Counted from the first letter of the whole stretch, positions 44,889-55,157 are shown. The stretch is 63,352 nt of DNA, filler included, from 4 parts of 4 records of this genome joined end to end with filler, not necessarily neighbours in it, one strand, 5' to 3'. Made by a program: numbers and translations. Notes: generated from the sequence alone by a model not told the origin.

Positions 44889-46157
44889 ATGAGAATCAAT
44901 CGCCGCGAAATGATTGGCGCAAGCCTGGCTTCCGCAGCCGCAGTTGCCAGTTCAGACGTCTTTGCGGCGCCGGCCATTCACAACGGGGAAAAACCGGTTG
45001 TGCGTGTTCTCGGAACACACGTGACCCTGCAGGAAGACCTGCGGGTTCGCGCGGAGGCTGATCTGGGGATCAGGCTGGAATTCTCGCCAGGTGGCAGTGC
45101 GGAGGTTCTGCACCGCGCGTCGACGCGTCCCGAGACGTTTGATTTGTATGAGCAGTGGTCCAACAGTATCCGCGTGCTCTGGCAGGCAAACGCGATTCAG
45201 CCGATCGATCGAAAAAGGATTCGGTACTGGGATGAAATCAACCCGCTGACCCGCGAAGGACGTTTGACTCCCAAAGCGAAGCGCGGTGCGGGCGATGCAC
45301 CGAATAAGTTGCTGTTCATCCAGCCCGATGGAACGTTGGGCGGCCAACCAACGGACAACGTGACGTTCCTACCATACGTGCACAACGTTGACTCGTTTGG
45401 TTACGACGCGTCGATCGTTCCACGTGGTGTTCCGTTCGAGACTGAATCGTGGGCTTGGTTGCTCGATGAGCGTTGGGCCGGTCGAGTCGCAATTGTCAAC
45501 GAACCCACCATTGGTCTGTTCGATTTGGCTTTGGCCGTTCAAGCCAAGGGTTTGGCCGAGTTTGAAGACATTGGCAATCTCAGCGAAGCCGACTTGGAGA
45601 CGCTGTTTAAGATTTTGGAACGCTATCGACAGGAAGGTCATTTTCGCGGTGTCTGGAGCAGTGTTCCGGCATCCGTTGATTTGATGAGCCGCGGTGAGGC
45701 GGTCATCGAGAGCATGTTTTCACCAGCCGTGTTCGATTTAAAAGGCCGCGGGATTGATTGCGTCTACGCCTCACCCAAGGAAGGCTATCGAGCTTGGCAC
45801 GGTGTGATGTGCTTGTCGTCCAAGACAACCGGTCCGGTCAAGGATGCGGCGTATGAATACATGAATTGGTGGTTATCGGGATGGCCGGGAGCATTCATTG
45901 CTCGCCAAGGCTATTACATCTCCAACCCGCAACGTTCGCGTGAAGAGCTTAGCGAAGCGGAGTGGGATTACTGGTATCAAGGCAAACCTGCCGCGACAGA
46001 TTTGCTTGGCACAACTGGGCAGGTTGTTGTTAACCAAGGGCAACGTCGTGACGGCGGTTCTTATGTCAAGCGATTCAGCAACGTTGCGGTTTGGAACACA
46101 GTGATGAAATCTTACGAAGCCAGCCTTCGACACTGGAATGAGTTCCTGGCAGGATGA
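44889..46157 (+). CDS. Tat-exported solute-binding protein (PotD/PotF-like)
   Basis: Twin-arginine signal NRREMIG...VFA-A; ESWAWLLD, SPKEGYRAW and AYEYMNWWL. Start moved to ATG 44889. Confidence 0.8.
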   Translation: MRINRREMIGASLASAAAVASSDVFAAPAIHNGEKPVVRVLGTHVTLQEDLRVRAEADLGIRLEFSPGGSAEVLHRASTRPETFDLYEQWSNSIRVLWQANAIQPIDRKRIRYWDEINPLTREGRLTPKAKRGAGDAPNKLLFIQPDGTLGGQPTDNVTFLPYVHNVDSFGYDASIVPRGVPFETESWAWLLDERWAGRVAIVNEPTIGLFDLALAVQAKGLAEFEDIGNLSEADLETLFKILERYRQEGHFRGVWSSVPASVDLMSRGEAVIESMFSPAVFDLKGRGIDCVYASPKEGYRAWHGVMCLSSKTTGPVKDAAYEYMNWWLSGWPGAFIARQGYYISNPQRSREELSEAEWDYWYQGKPAATDLLGTTGQVVVNQGQRRDGGSYVKRFSNVAVWNTVMKSYEASLRHWNEFLAG

Positions 46158-48085
46158 GCACCATGATCTCTCAATTGATTGGGCGAACGCTTCGGCAGCG
46201 CATTTACCTCGCCAGTGCCTGTTTTGTGCTGCTGTGCGTTTTGGTTGCTTGGTTTGGTATCACCGGACAGTCGGCTTTGTTGGAAAGCTTTGCCGAGTAC
46301 CAACGAGCTGAGAACACGTCGGTCGCGATTGAATCGATTGAGAGAAAGGTTCAGGAACTCAAGTCTCGCAGCGAGCGATATCTTTTGACCGGAGCATCGG
46401 CTCAGTACCGAGCCGCACTCAGTTTGCAGGATCAGTTGGCCGACGAGATCGAGCGAGCGAAGGGAGAAACGCCGGCGATCCAGGACACGTTGGGCCAGAT
46501 GGAAGGCCACTTGAACGTGCTGAGCGATCAGCTGAAATTGGCTGCCGAGGAAAGAGATCTGCGATCGCAGTTGGTGCAAATCGAATTGCCTGCGAAGGCG
46601 GAACGTGTTCGCGAAGCATTCAACGCATTGCGAGCGGAATGGATGAAGTCTCCTGTCGAAAAGGAGCCGCAAATCCGCCAACACGGTAGTGCTCGCGGTG
46701 CATACGTTTCGGCTCATCGGTCGTTGCTCGAATACTTCAATCATCCTAAGTCGGAGAGTTTCGATCTCGCTAGTCAGCACTTGGAAAAATCACGCTCTGT
46801 TTGCGTGGAGCTGAAAGAGGATCCTGCAAATCAGCAAGCTGACATTCAGCTGCTCATGGAAGAGTTGCTCGCCAGTTTGAGCGAGTTTCAAAGAGTCGGC
46901 ACGCGAGCCTTTCAGGCAACCCGCGGCTACATGGTTTATTCGAATGTCGTGATGGCCGGCGAGATATCGGAGTTCAGCTATCAATCGTCTCGGCTGAAGT
47001 CGTACGTCCAAGAGCAAAAGGCGTTGAACCAGCGAAACCGCGAAGCGTCGTTCCGACGGTCGCAGTATTTGGCGGTGGGAGCGGCGATGGGGGCTGTGTT
47101 GTTGGCGATTTTGCTGGCGACCAGTCTTTCGATGGCGGTCGTGGGGCCGATCGGACGTCTGACCGAGATGTTCCGGCGTTTGGCTGCTGGTGAAACGATG
47201 GCGATCAGCGATGAGATCGGCCGCACGGAAGAAATCGCACAGATGGTCAACGCGGCGCGAGTCTTCAGCGACAAGAACCAAGAAACGACTCAGTTGTTGA
47301 TTCGTTCAGAAACGCTGAGCGAAGAGCTGGCAAAGAAGGCCGACGCGCTGGTGGAATCGAACAAAGAGCTTGATAATTTTGCCTACATCGCCTCTCACGA
47401 TTTGAAATCTCCGCTGCGAGGGATCCAGCATTTGGCGAGCTGGGTTCAAGAGGATTGCGAAGACATCTTGCCGGAAACGTCGCAAACGCATTTGGCTCAC
47501 ATGCAATCCCGCGTCCGCAACATGGAATGCCTGCTCGATGACCTGCTCAATTATTCGAGAGTCGGCCGCGTCGATGCACGCCCCGAAGTAGTGGACTGCA
47601 GTGAAGTGGTTTCAGGAATCGTCGAAATGGCGGATAATTCGGAGGACTGCCAAATTTCGTGGGAATCGCTGCCAACGTGTTCCACGGTTCGGACGCCTCT
47701 GAAGCAGGTCTTGCTGAATCTGATCACCAACGCAATCAAGTACAATGACAAGGGTGCTGAAGGCCGCGTTAGAGTGAAATGCGTCCAGGATGCGAACTGG
47801 TACAGATGGGAAGTCAGCGATAACGGCATCGGGATCGAGCCTCGGTTTCACGAAAAAGTGTTCCAAATGTATCAGCGAGTCGCTCCAGAAGTTTCCGAAG
47901 GAAGCGGCATGGGACTTGCGATCGCTAAGAAACATGTGGAACATTACGGCGGAGAAATAGGAATCCAATCGTCACCGGGAGAGGGCACCACGTTTTGGTT
48001 CACTTGGCCGGTACAGATCGAAACGGTGAAAACGTCATCCAACGGCGAGCTCGCTGAAGACCCCATTGCAAACGTGCCCACATGA
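46154..48085 (+). CDS. membrane sensor histidine kinase (TM-periplasmic helical domain-TM-HAMP-HisKA-HATPase)
   Basis: H-box FAYIASHDLKSPL, NLITNAIKY, DNGIGI, GSGMGLAI and GTTFWF. Confidence 0.93.
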   Translation: MSTMISQLIGRTLRQRIYLASACFVLLCVLVAWFGITGQSALLESFAEYQRAENTSVAIESIERKVQELKSRSERYLLTGASAQYRAALSLQDQLADEIERAKGETPAIQDTLGQMEGHLNVLSDQLKLAAEERDLRSQLVQIELPAKAERVREAFNALRAEWMKSPVEKEPQIRQHGSARGAYVSAHRSLLEYFNHPKSESFDLASQHLEKSRSVCVELKEDPANQQADIQLLMEELLASLSEFQRVGTRAFQATRGYMVYSNVVMAGEISEFSYQSSRLKSYVQEQKALNQRNREASFRRSQYLAVGAAMGAVLLAILLATSLSMAVVGPIGRLTEMFRRLAAGETMAISDEIGRTEEIAQMVNAARVFSDKNQETTQLLIRSETLSEELAKKADALVESNKELDNFAYIASHDLKSPLRGIQHLASWVQEDCEDILPETSQTHLAHMQSRVRNMECLLDDLLNYSRVGRVDARPEVVDCSEVVSGIVEMADNSEDCQISWESLPTCSTVRTPLKQVLLNLITNAIKYNDKGAEGRVRVKCVQDANWYRWEVSDNGIGIEPRFHEKVFQMYQRVAPEVSEGSGMGLAIAKKHVEHYGGEIGIQSSPGEGTTFWFTWPVQIETVKTSSNGELAEDPIANVPT

Positions 48086-48546
48086 AACCGTCTCCTGTCG
48101 ACAGTTCGAACCAAGACGACGTGAAGCGTCCGACGTTCCTTTTGATCGAGGACGATGCGGTCGACGCTGAGGCGTTTCGCCGCGCGGTGAAACGCAACCA
48201 AGTCGATTGCGAATTGGTGCACGCCAGCGACGGTGGCGAAGCATTGGAAAAGCTGCGTAGTATGGTCAACGAAAACGACGACATCGGCGTTTTGGCGTTT
48301 CTCGATTTGAACATGCCTGGACTCAACGGCCACGAATTCTTGGCGGAAGTCCGCCGGGACGAATCGTTGAAACGGCTGGCTGTCTTCGTCGTGACGACTT
48401 CTCGTCACAAACGTGACATTGCATTGGCCTACGACAAAAACGTTGCTGGCTATTTCGAGAAAGACGATTTGGCATCGGTGCTCGAAATTGCACGCCAATT
48501 CGCGGGGCGTTTGGTCTTCCCGACACTGGGCGGCAAAAGCGACTGA
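48082..48546 (+). CDS. single-domain response regulator (Rcp1-like)
   Basis: LLIEDD, FLDLNMPGLNG, VVTTS and GYFEK; no output domain; ATGA overlap with the kinase. Confidence 0.92.
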   Translation: MKPSPVDSSNQDDVKRPTFLLIEDDAVDAEAFRRAVKRNQVDCELVHASDGGEALEKLRSMVNENDDIGVLAFLDLNMPGLNGHEFLAEVRRDESLKRLAVFVVTTSRHKRDIALAYDKNVAGYFEKDDLASVLEIARQFAGRLVFPTLGGKSD

Positions 48547-48747
48547 GCAAAGGTTGGGATGAGTTCATTCCCGCTGATTGCTAAGAGGTGTCGGGTTTTT
48601 GACACCGGTTCTATTGTCGCTCGACCGACCGACTTTTCGATTTTGGCGCATGGTTGTCGATCGCGGCGGAAAAAGCGACAACATTGGTGCGAGATTGTTC
48701 ACCGCCTGAGTGAACCCGTTCCGAGTTGAAGTCTTCTTAGTTGCATC

Positions 48748-49788
48748 ATGTCATCATCCAATCTTCGCGTCGCTCTCGTTGGATCGACCGGTTACACCGC
48801 ACTCGAAGTCGCCCGTTTGCTGCTCACCCATCCCGGTGCCGATCTGGTGGTTGCGACCAGTCGCCAAGACGAGGGCAAACCACTGTCGGAAATTCATCCG
48901 ATGCTGGCCGGACGCTGTGACGTGACACTGCAACCACTCGATGCAGACGTGATCGCAAAATCGGCTGACGTGGCGATGTGCTGCTTGCCTCACGGCGCAT
49001 CCGCAGAAAGCGTCAAGCAATTGGCCGACGCTGGCATGCGAGTGATCGACTTCAGCGCTGACTTTCGGCTCTCGAGTCTCGAAACGTACGAACATTGGTA
49101 CGGCGTCAAACACCCATGGCCTGAGCGGATCGGTAACGTCGTCTACGGCATGCCCGAATTCTTCGCGGACGAGATTCGTAGTGCCGACATCGTGGCCAAT
49201 CCAGGGTGCTATCCCACATCCGCGATCATGCCGCTGGCTCCGCTGGTGAAGGCGGGATTGATCGAAACCGACGACATCATCGTCGACAGTAAATCGGGAG
49301 TCTCGGGCGCCGGTCGTTCACCCAAATTGGGAACGCTCTATTGTGAGACAAACGAATCGATCTCAGCGTACGCGGTAGGCACCCACCGCCACGCACCTGA
49401 GATCGCGGACCTCGTCGAACGAATCGCAGGTGCTCCGATCGAAGTGATGTTCACGCCTCACTTAACGCCGATGGATCGCGGCATCCTGTCGACCATTTAT
49501 GTGAAGCCAGCTGGCAAGGCGGGTTCGGTCGAAGATGCCGTTCGTGCAATGATGAGTCTGTTGCGAGACACTTACTCCGACCAACCTTGCGTTCACGTGG
49601 TCGATCACTTGCCCGCGACGAAGTACGTCGCAGGAACCAACCACGTTCAGATCTCGGTGCGTCCATCGGGCAAACGAGCAGTCATCGTTTGTGCCATCGA
49701 CAATCTCACCAAGGGTGCCAGTGGTGCTGCGGTGCAAAACATGAACGTGATGTTTGGTTTGCCAGAAACGGCTGGGCTGTTGATGTGA
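48748..49788 (+). CDS. argC: N-acetyl-gamma-glutamyl-phosphate reductase
   Basis: VGSTGYT, LPHG, DFSADFRL, ANPGCYPT, SGVSGAGR and IDNLTKGASGAAVQNMN. Confidence 0.97.
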   Translation: MSSSNLRVALVGSTGYTALEVARLLLTHPGADLVVATSRQDEGKPLSEIHPMLAGRCDVTLQPLDADVIAKSADVAMCCLPHGASAESVKQLADAGMRVIDFSADFRLSSLETYEHWYGVKHPWPERIGNVVYGMPEFFADEIRSADIVANPGCYPTSAIMPLAPLVKAGLIETDDIIVDSKSGVSGAGRSPKLGTLYCETNESISAYAVGTHRHAPEIADLVERIAGAPIEVMFTPHLTPMDRGILSTIYVKPAGKAGSVEDAVRAMMSLLRDTYSDQPCVHVVDHLPATKYVAGTNHVQISVRPSGKRAVIVCAIDNLTKGASGAAVQNMNVMFGLPETAGLLM

Positions 49789-49874
49789 TTTCAAACACGT
49801 TGGCGTGATGTTCATGTCGCGGATGTTTGCAAATCGACTTGGACTTGGAACGTTGTTCTGCATCGGAGCTTGTT

Positions 49875-51224
49875 ATGCCTGAAGTCACACCGTTTGCCGC
49901 CTTGCGCTACAACCTGGATCACATTCGGTCGCTTTCCGAAGTGGTTGCACCGCCCTATGACGTCATCGATGCCGATTACCAAGACGTTCTCTACAAACGT
50001 CATCCATCCAACGTGATTCGCGTGATCTTGAATCGCGAGGAACCTGGCGATGAGGTTGGCGAGACGTACTCGCGAGCAGCCGGTTTCGTCAAACAATGGA
50101 TTCGCGAGGGTGTGCTGAAACAGGACGACGAACCGGGGTTCTATCTCTATCACCAAAGATTTGAGACCGACGGCACGGATGGTGAGGTCGAAACCGTGAC
50201 CCGGCGCGGGTTCATGGGACGAGTTCGATTGGAGCCCTTTGGGAAAGGCAACATTCACCCGCACGAAGAAACCCACCCGAAGGCGAAAGTGGATCGTCTG
50301 AAGTTGTTGAAGGCAACACAGCAAAACAACAGCCCGATCTTTGGTTTGTATCCCGACGATGACAACGCCGTCATTGAATGCTTGGAAGCTGCCAAGGACG
50401 ATGTCACGCCGATCGAAGCCACTGACGACGTGGGTGTGGTCCACACCGTTTGGCCCATCACCGATTCGAGTGCGATCACGACGGCCAGTCAATTGTTGGC
50501 GGACAAACCGATGTTCGTCGCGGACGGACATCATCGATACGAAACCGCGTGTGACTACCGAGACTTCGTCGCTGAGCAGGCCGGTGGGATCGCTCCGGAT
50601 CATCCGGTGAACTTCGTGATGACCATGTTGGTTGGCATGAATGATCCGGGGCTGGTTGTGCTGCCGACGCACCGACTGATTCGCGGCACTCGTCCTCTGC
50701 GATCCGAGGAATTGATCGAACGACTTGGCGACCAATTTGATTGTGAAACGCTGAGCGGTGGCATGTCCGCGGCACCCGACGCTTGGACACGAATCCAATT
50801 GGCGAATCGTCAAGGTTTGATGGCATTTTATGCCGCGGAAGACGAGACATGGGTCATGGCCAACGCGAACGAGAAAGCGATGGCCCGCATGTCCGAGCTT
50901 GCCGGCGACCAAAGTGAGACATGGCGATCGCTCGGAGTCAGCTTGCTGCACAAGTTGGTGCTGGAGGATTCCTTGGGAGAAACCAATCATCCCAAGCCAA
51001 CTTATGTCCACGAGGTCAGGGATGTGCTCGCGGGATTGAAAGGCGAGTCGCAAGCCGCGGAATCAGAAGGCGACGGCCAGTACACCTTCGCGGCGCTCGT
51101 GATGCCAGCGTCGGTAGCGGACGTCGAGAAGATCAGCCTGAATCACGAACGCATGCCAGCCAAGAGCACCTACTTCTATCCCAAATTGCTGAGCGGTTTG
51201 GCGTTCCACCGGTTGATGCCGTGA
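49875..51224 (+). CDS. DUF1015-family protein
   Basis: APPYDVI, IHPHEET, NSPIFGLY, VADGHHRYETA and MPAKSTYFYPK. Start moved to ATG 49875 after GGAG. Confidence 0.88.
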   Translation: MPEVTPFAALRYNLDHIRSLSEVVAPPYDVIDADYQDVLYKRHPSNVIRVILNREEPGDEVGETYSRAAGFVKQWIREGVLKQDDEPGFYLYHQRFETDGTDGEVETVTRRGFMGRVRLEPFGKGNIHPHEETHPKAKVDRLKLLKATQQNNSPIFGLYPDDDNAVIECLEAAKDDVTPIEATDDVGVVHTVWPITDSSAITTASQLLADKPMFVADGHHRYETACDYRDFVAEQAGGIAPDHPVNFVMTMLVGMNDPGLVVLPTHRLIRGTRPLRSEELIERLGDQFDCETLSGGMSAAPDAWTRIQLANRQGLMAFYAAEDETWVMANANEKAMARMSELAGDQSETWRSLGVSLLHKLVLEDSLGETNHPKPTYVHEVRDVLAGLKGESQAAESEGDGQYTFAALVMPASVADVEKISLNHERMPAKSTYFYPKLLSGLAFHRLMP

Positions 51225-51298
51225 GTCCTGAGCGGTGCATGGAGGCGATCAACGAATTTTGGTGAATGATACGATTGGTAGCGATGAGGGCGGATGAA

Positions 51299-51380
51299 TT
51301 TGGCCGTTGGCCAAAGCTTCTGGGTGGTGCGTTGCAATACCAGGGGCGTTGCCCGCTGGCTATGTTGAGTTTGGCCTTTG
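51299..51380. repeat. REP/MITE-like palindromic element at the contig end
   Basis: TTTGGCC-GTT-GGCCAAA, CCAGGGGC-GTT-GCCCGCTGG, and a second TTTGGCC cut by the break. Confidence 0.6.
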
Positions 51381-51480
51381 NNNNNNNNNNNNNNNNNNNN
51401 NNNNNNNNNNNNNNNNNNNNNNNNTTAATTAATTAANNNNNNNNNNNNNNNNNNNNNNNNNNNNNNNNNNNNNNNNNNNN
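51381..51480. other. artificial contig spacer
   Basis: N44-TTAATTAATTAA-N44. Confidence 0.98.
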
Positions 51481-51481
51481 C

Positions 51482-52063
51482 CCGGATGTCTACAACATCC
51501 TGTTGCAGGTCATGGACCATGGCCGCCTGACCGACCACAACGGTCGCACGGTGGACTTCCGCAACGTGGTGCTGATCATGACCTCGAACGCCGGTGCGGC
51601 GGAACAGGCCAAGGAAGCGATCGGCTTTGGCCGTGACCGCCGCGAGGGCGAGGACACAGCCGCCATCGAGCGGACTTTTACGCCGGAATTCCGCAACCGT
51701 CTGGACGCGGTGATCAGCTTTGCGCCGCTGCCCAAGGCGGTGATCCTGCAAGTGGTCGAAAAGTTCGTGCTGCAACTCGAAGCACAACTGATGGACCGTG
51801 GTGTGACCATCGAACTGACACGTCCCGCCGCCGAATGGCTGGCCGACAAGGGCTATGACAGCAAGATGGGCGCGCGTCCGTTGGGCCGCGTGATCCAGGA
51901 ATACATCAAAAAGCCGCTTGCCGAAGAATTGCTCTTTGGCAAGCTGGCCAAAGGTGGCGTTGTCAAGGTCGGCATGAAAAACGGCGTGCTGGACCTCAAG
52001 GTCGAAGGGCCGGAAAACCGGCGCATCTCGGGCAACAAGCCGCCCCTGCTGACGGCTGAATGA
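51482..52063 (+). CDS. clpA: Clp protease ATP-binding subunit ClpA, C-terminal fragment (5'-truncated)
   Basis: PDVYNILLQVMDHGRLTD, IMTSNAG, FTPEFRNRLD and MGARPL. Confidence 0.93.
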   Translation, partial: PDVYNILLQVMDHGRLTDHNGRTVDFRNVVLIMTSNAGAAEQAKEAIGFGRDRREGEDTAAIERTFTPEFRNRLDAVISFAPLPKAVILQVVEKFVLQLEAQLMDRGVTIELTRPAAEWLADKGYDSKMGARPLGRVIQEYIKKPLAEELLFGKLAKGGVVKVGMKNGVLDLKVEGPENRRISGNKPPLLTAE

Positions 52064-53031
52064 TCCGCGCGGTTTACACCGCCTTCACACTCACGCTCGC
52101 CGCAGGGATGCCTGCGGCGGGCGATCCTGTTTTGACCTCCCCGATTGACTGTGATCTAGGACGTGACTGCTTTATCCAGCAATATGTCGATCACGACCCC
52201 GGACCGGGCGCATCGGATTACCTGTGTGCCCCGCTCAGCTATGACGAACATACGGGCACCGATTTTGGCCTGCCCACCCTGCGACAGATGCAGGCGGGCG
52301 TGAACGTGCTGGCCAGTGCCCCAGGTACGGTCAAAGGCGTGCGTGACGGCATGGTCGACCGGGCCTATTCCGCTGCCAATGCCGAACAGGTCACGGGCCG
52401 CGAATGCGGCAACGGCGTGGTGATCGACCATGGTGAGGGTTGGGAAACCCAATATTGCCACATGAAACGGGGCAGCATCACGGTCCGCTCCGGCGACACG
52501 GTTCAGCGCGGCGCCGTGCTGGGTCAGGTCGGCATCAGTGGGCGCGCGCAGTTTCCCCACGTCCACCTGAGCGTGCGGCACAACGGCGAAACGATCGACC
52601 CCTTTGATCCCGACGGCGATATCACTTGTGACGTGCCCGACAGCAACACCCTGTGGCGCTCCCCGCCCGCCTACCGGGCTGGTGGCATCCTTGACGTGGG
52701 CTTTTCCGACAGTATTCCGACCTATGACGATGTGAAATCAGGCCGCGCCGCCAAAGCGGCTTTGCCCACGGACGCACCTGCGCTGGTGGTGTACGGATAT
52801 GCCTTTGGCGGCCAGTTGGGCGACAAGATACGCGTTGTCCTGACCGGTCCGAAAGGCGATGTTCTGGACCAAACCGAAACACTGGGAAAAGGTCAGGCGC
52901 AGTTCTTCCGCGCGGTTGGCAAGCGCCTGAAAGGCGCTGCATGGCCTGCGGGCTCCTACGCGGGGACAGTCACACTGATCCGTGACGGCCGCCAGATCGA
53001 CACCCGCCGCGCAGAGATCACGCTGCGCTGA
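52060..53031 (+). CDS. M23-family metallopeptidase
   Basis: Signal peptide; HTGTD (HxxxD), CGNGVVIDH, YCHM and PHVH (HxH). Confidence 0.9.
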   Translation: MIRAVYTAFTLTLAAGMPAAGDPVLTSPIDCDLGRDCFIQQYVDHDPGPGASDYLCAPLSYDEHTGTDFGLPTLRQMQAGVNVLASAPGTVKGVRDGMVDRAYSAANAEQVTGRECGNGVVIDHGEGWETQYCHMKRGSITVRSGDTVQRGAVLGQVGISGRAQFPHVHLSVRHNGETIDPFDPDGDITCDVPDSNTLWRSPPAYRAGGILDVGFSDSIPTYDDVKSGRAAKAALPTDAPALVVYGYAFGGQLGDKIRVVLTGPKGDVLDQTETLGKGQAQFFRAVGKRLKGAAWPAGSYAGTVTLIRDGRQIDTRRAEITLR

Positions 53032-53036
53032 CGCGT

Positions 53037-53094
53037 CCTTCATCTTGCCAGAAAAACTCCGGGGAAGGCGCGAAAGCGACTGGGGCAGAGCCCC
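53037..53094 (+). repeat. intergenic repeat, copy 1 (Rhodobacteraceae-style)
   Basis: CCTTCATCTTGCCAGAAAAACTCCGGGG...GGGGCAGAGCCCC is similar to 57055-57113. Confidence 0.7.
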
Positions 53095-55157
53095 TATTTT
53101 TCGGTGAATTTCAACTCGATCCGCCGGTTTTGCGCCCGCGCCTCGTCGGTGTCGGCGGTGTTCACCGGTTGATACTGCCCGAAGCCGTTGGCCGACAGCC
53201 GGTCCGGGGGGATACCCAGGAAATTCACCATGTATTTCACCACTGACAGCGCCCGTGCCTGGCTGAGCTCCCAGTTGTCGGCAAATGCGCCCTGACCGGA
53301 CAGCGGTGTGTTGTCCGTATGCCCGTCCACGCGAATGACCCAATTGATCTCGGGGGGAATGTCGCTCACCACGCTGCGCAGAATCGCCGCGATCTTGGAA
53401 AGCTCTCGCTGCCCGTCCGCGGACAGGTTCGCAGCACCGGGCGGGAACAGCACCTCGGAGGAGAATACGAACCGGTCGCCTTCGATCCGCACGCCTTCCT
53501 GATTGCCCAGAACATCCCGCAACCGGCCAAAGAACTCCGAGCGGTATTTCTCCAGATCCTGCGCCGCTGCTTCCAACCGCTTGCGCTCTTGTTCTTCCAG
53601 CACGCGGCGGCGGCGTTCTTCGGCGGCAACCCGTGCCAGTGCGGTGTTCAGATCCTGACCCAGCGACAACAATTCGACCTGTGCCGCCTCGTCCCGAGTC
53701 TTGGCGTCGTCCAGCAAGGCCTGCAATTGCCCCAACTGCGACCGGAGCGCCGCAACCTGCTGGTTCAGCACCTCGGTCTGCCGCTGGGCCGCTGCGGATT
53801 TTTCCTGTTCCTCCGCCAGCTTGTCCCGCGCTGTCTGCAACAGGGCTGCGCGACGTTCGGCGTCGGTCATTGTCTCGTCGATGGCATTTTCGGCAGCCAG
53901 CTTTGCTGCCAGTGCCGCCGCCAATTGCGCCCGCACCTCGGCCGCGTCGGCGTTCAGCGTCTGCGCGTCGGCCTCGGCTGCCAGCTTTGCGGCCAAGTCC
54001 GCCTCAAGCTGGGTGCGCAAATCGGCGCTGGTCGCCTGGGCATCCTCCGCGCGGGCTGTCTGTGTGGTCACATCCGCCAGCGCCGCCGCAAGCCGCGCGC
54101 GCAGGTCCTGAGTTTCGGCGCTGCCCGCTTCGATGGTGGCCTGCGCCACGTCCAATTGACCCTGAAGCGCCGAAATCTGCCCTTCCAACGCATCCTTTTG
54201 TGCGGTCAGCGCCTGCTGCTGGGTCGCCAGTTCCTGCACGGTGCTGTCGGTGCCCTCGGCCTGCCCTTTCAAGGTTTCCACCTGCAACAGCGCCGCCACC
54301 AGTTGTGTGTCCAGATCCGCCTCGGCGGCACGGGCTGCGGCCAGCATGGTCAGCGTTTCCTCGGCTTTCTTGCGCTGCGCCTCCAGTGCCAGCGTCATCG
54401 AGGTCAGCTCGGCATCCGCCTCTTTCAGGCGTTCGCGCAGCAATCGGGCGGCTTCGGCCTCGGCCAGCTTCGCCGCCTCTTCCTCGCTCAGCGCTGCCTG
54501 CGCCTGATCCAGTTGCGTGTTCAGGCCTGCCAGTTGCTCATTGGCTTCGGCATTCCGGGCGCGCAGATCCGCAACCAGCGCATCCAGTGCCTCGCGCCGC
54601 GATGCGGCCAGCCGCGCCTCCTCGGCACCGGCGTCGATCTCGTCGCGCGCCTGCGCCAGCGCCAGGTTCAACGCCTCTTGTTCGGACAACAATCGGGTCT
54701 GTTCGGCTTGCAAATCGGCCACCGCCGCCTGCGCCTGATCCCGGTCCGCCAGCAGGGCTGCGACCTGGGCTTCAAAACTTGTGATCCGTGTCTGCGCCGC
54801 CGCCAGTTCGCTGGCCTGCGCATCGCGTTCCTGCGTCAGTGACGCGATCAGCGCCGCCTGATCCGACACCTCTTGCTGCGCATCGCTCAGGGTTGCAGAC
54901 AGCGCCGAGAGCCGCGCATCCAGCCGGTCGCCCCGCTGTTCCTCCAGCCCGAGCGCCTGCGCCAGGGCCGCAACTTCACCGGCCAGCGCGTCCAGTTCGC
55001 TTTCCTGCCCCGAAATGGTTTCGCGCAGCACGTATTGCACCACCATGAAAATGGTCAGCACAAACATCAGCACCAGCAACAGGCCGGTCATTGCATCGAC
55101 GAAACCGGGCCAGATCGACGCCTGAAACCGTGATCCCGTGCGCCGCGACAGGGCCAT
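53094..55157 (-). CDS. MotB/OmpA-like peptidoglycan-binding protein with a very long coiled coil
   Basis: TM WPGFVDAMTGLLL with the conserved Asp; about 490 aa of Ala/Glu/Gln heptads; OmpA-like VDGHTD, NWELSQARA and NRRIE. Confidence 0.88.
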   Translation of the reverse strand: MALSRRTGSRFQASIWPGFVDAMTGLLLVLMFVLTIFMVVQYVLRETISGQESELDALAGEVAALAQALGLEEQRGDRLDARLSALSATLSDAQQEVSDQAALIASLTQERDAQASELAAAQTRITSFEAQVAALLADRDQAQAAVADLQAEQTRLLSEQEALNLALAQARDEIDAGAEEARLAASRREALDALVADLRARNAEANEQLAGLNTQLDQAQAALSEEEAAKLAEAEAARLLRERLKEADAELTSMTLALEAQRKKAEETLTMLAAARAAEADLDTQLVAALLQVETLKGQAEGTDSTVQELATQQQALTAQKDALEGQISALQGQLDVAQATIEAGSAETQDLRARLAAALADVTTQTARAEDAQATSADLRTQLEADLAAKLAAEADAQTLNADAAEVRAQLAAALAAKLAAENAIDETMTDAERRAALLQTARDKLAEEQEKSAAAQRQTEVLNQQVAALRSQLGQLQALLDDAKTRDEAAQVELLSLGQDLNTALARVAAEERRRRVLEEQERKRLEAAAQDLEKYRSEFFGRLRDVLGNQEGVRIEGDRFVFSSEVLFPPGAANLSADGQRELSKIAAILRSVVSDIPPEINWVIRVDGHTDNTPLSGQGAFADNWELSQARALSVVKYMVNFLGIPPDRLSANGFGQYQPVNTADTDEARAQNRRIELKFTEK

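Noticed and set aside
49812-51053. 413-aa minus-strand ORF
   Set aside because: It is an antisense shadow of DUF1015.
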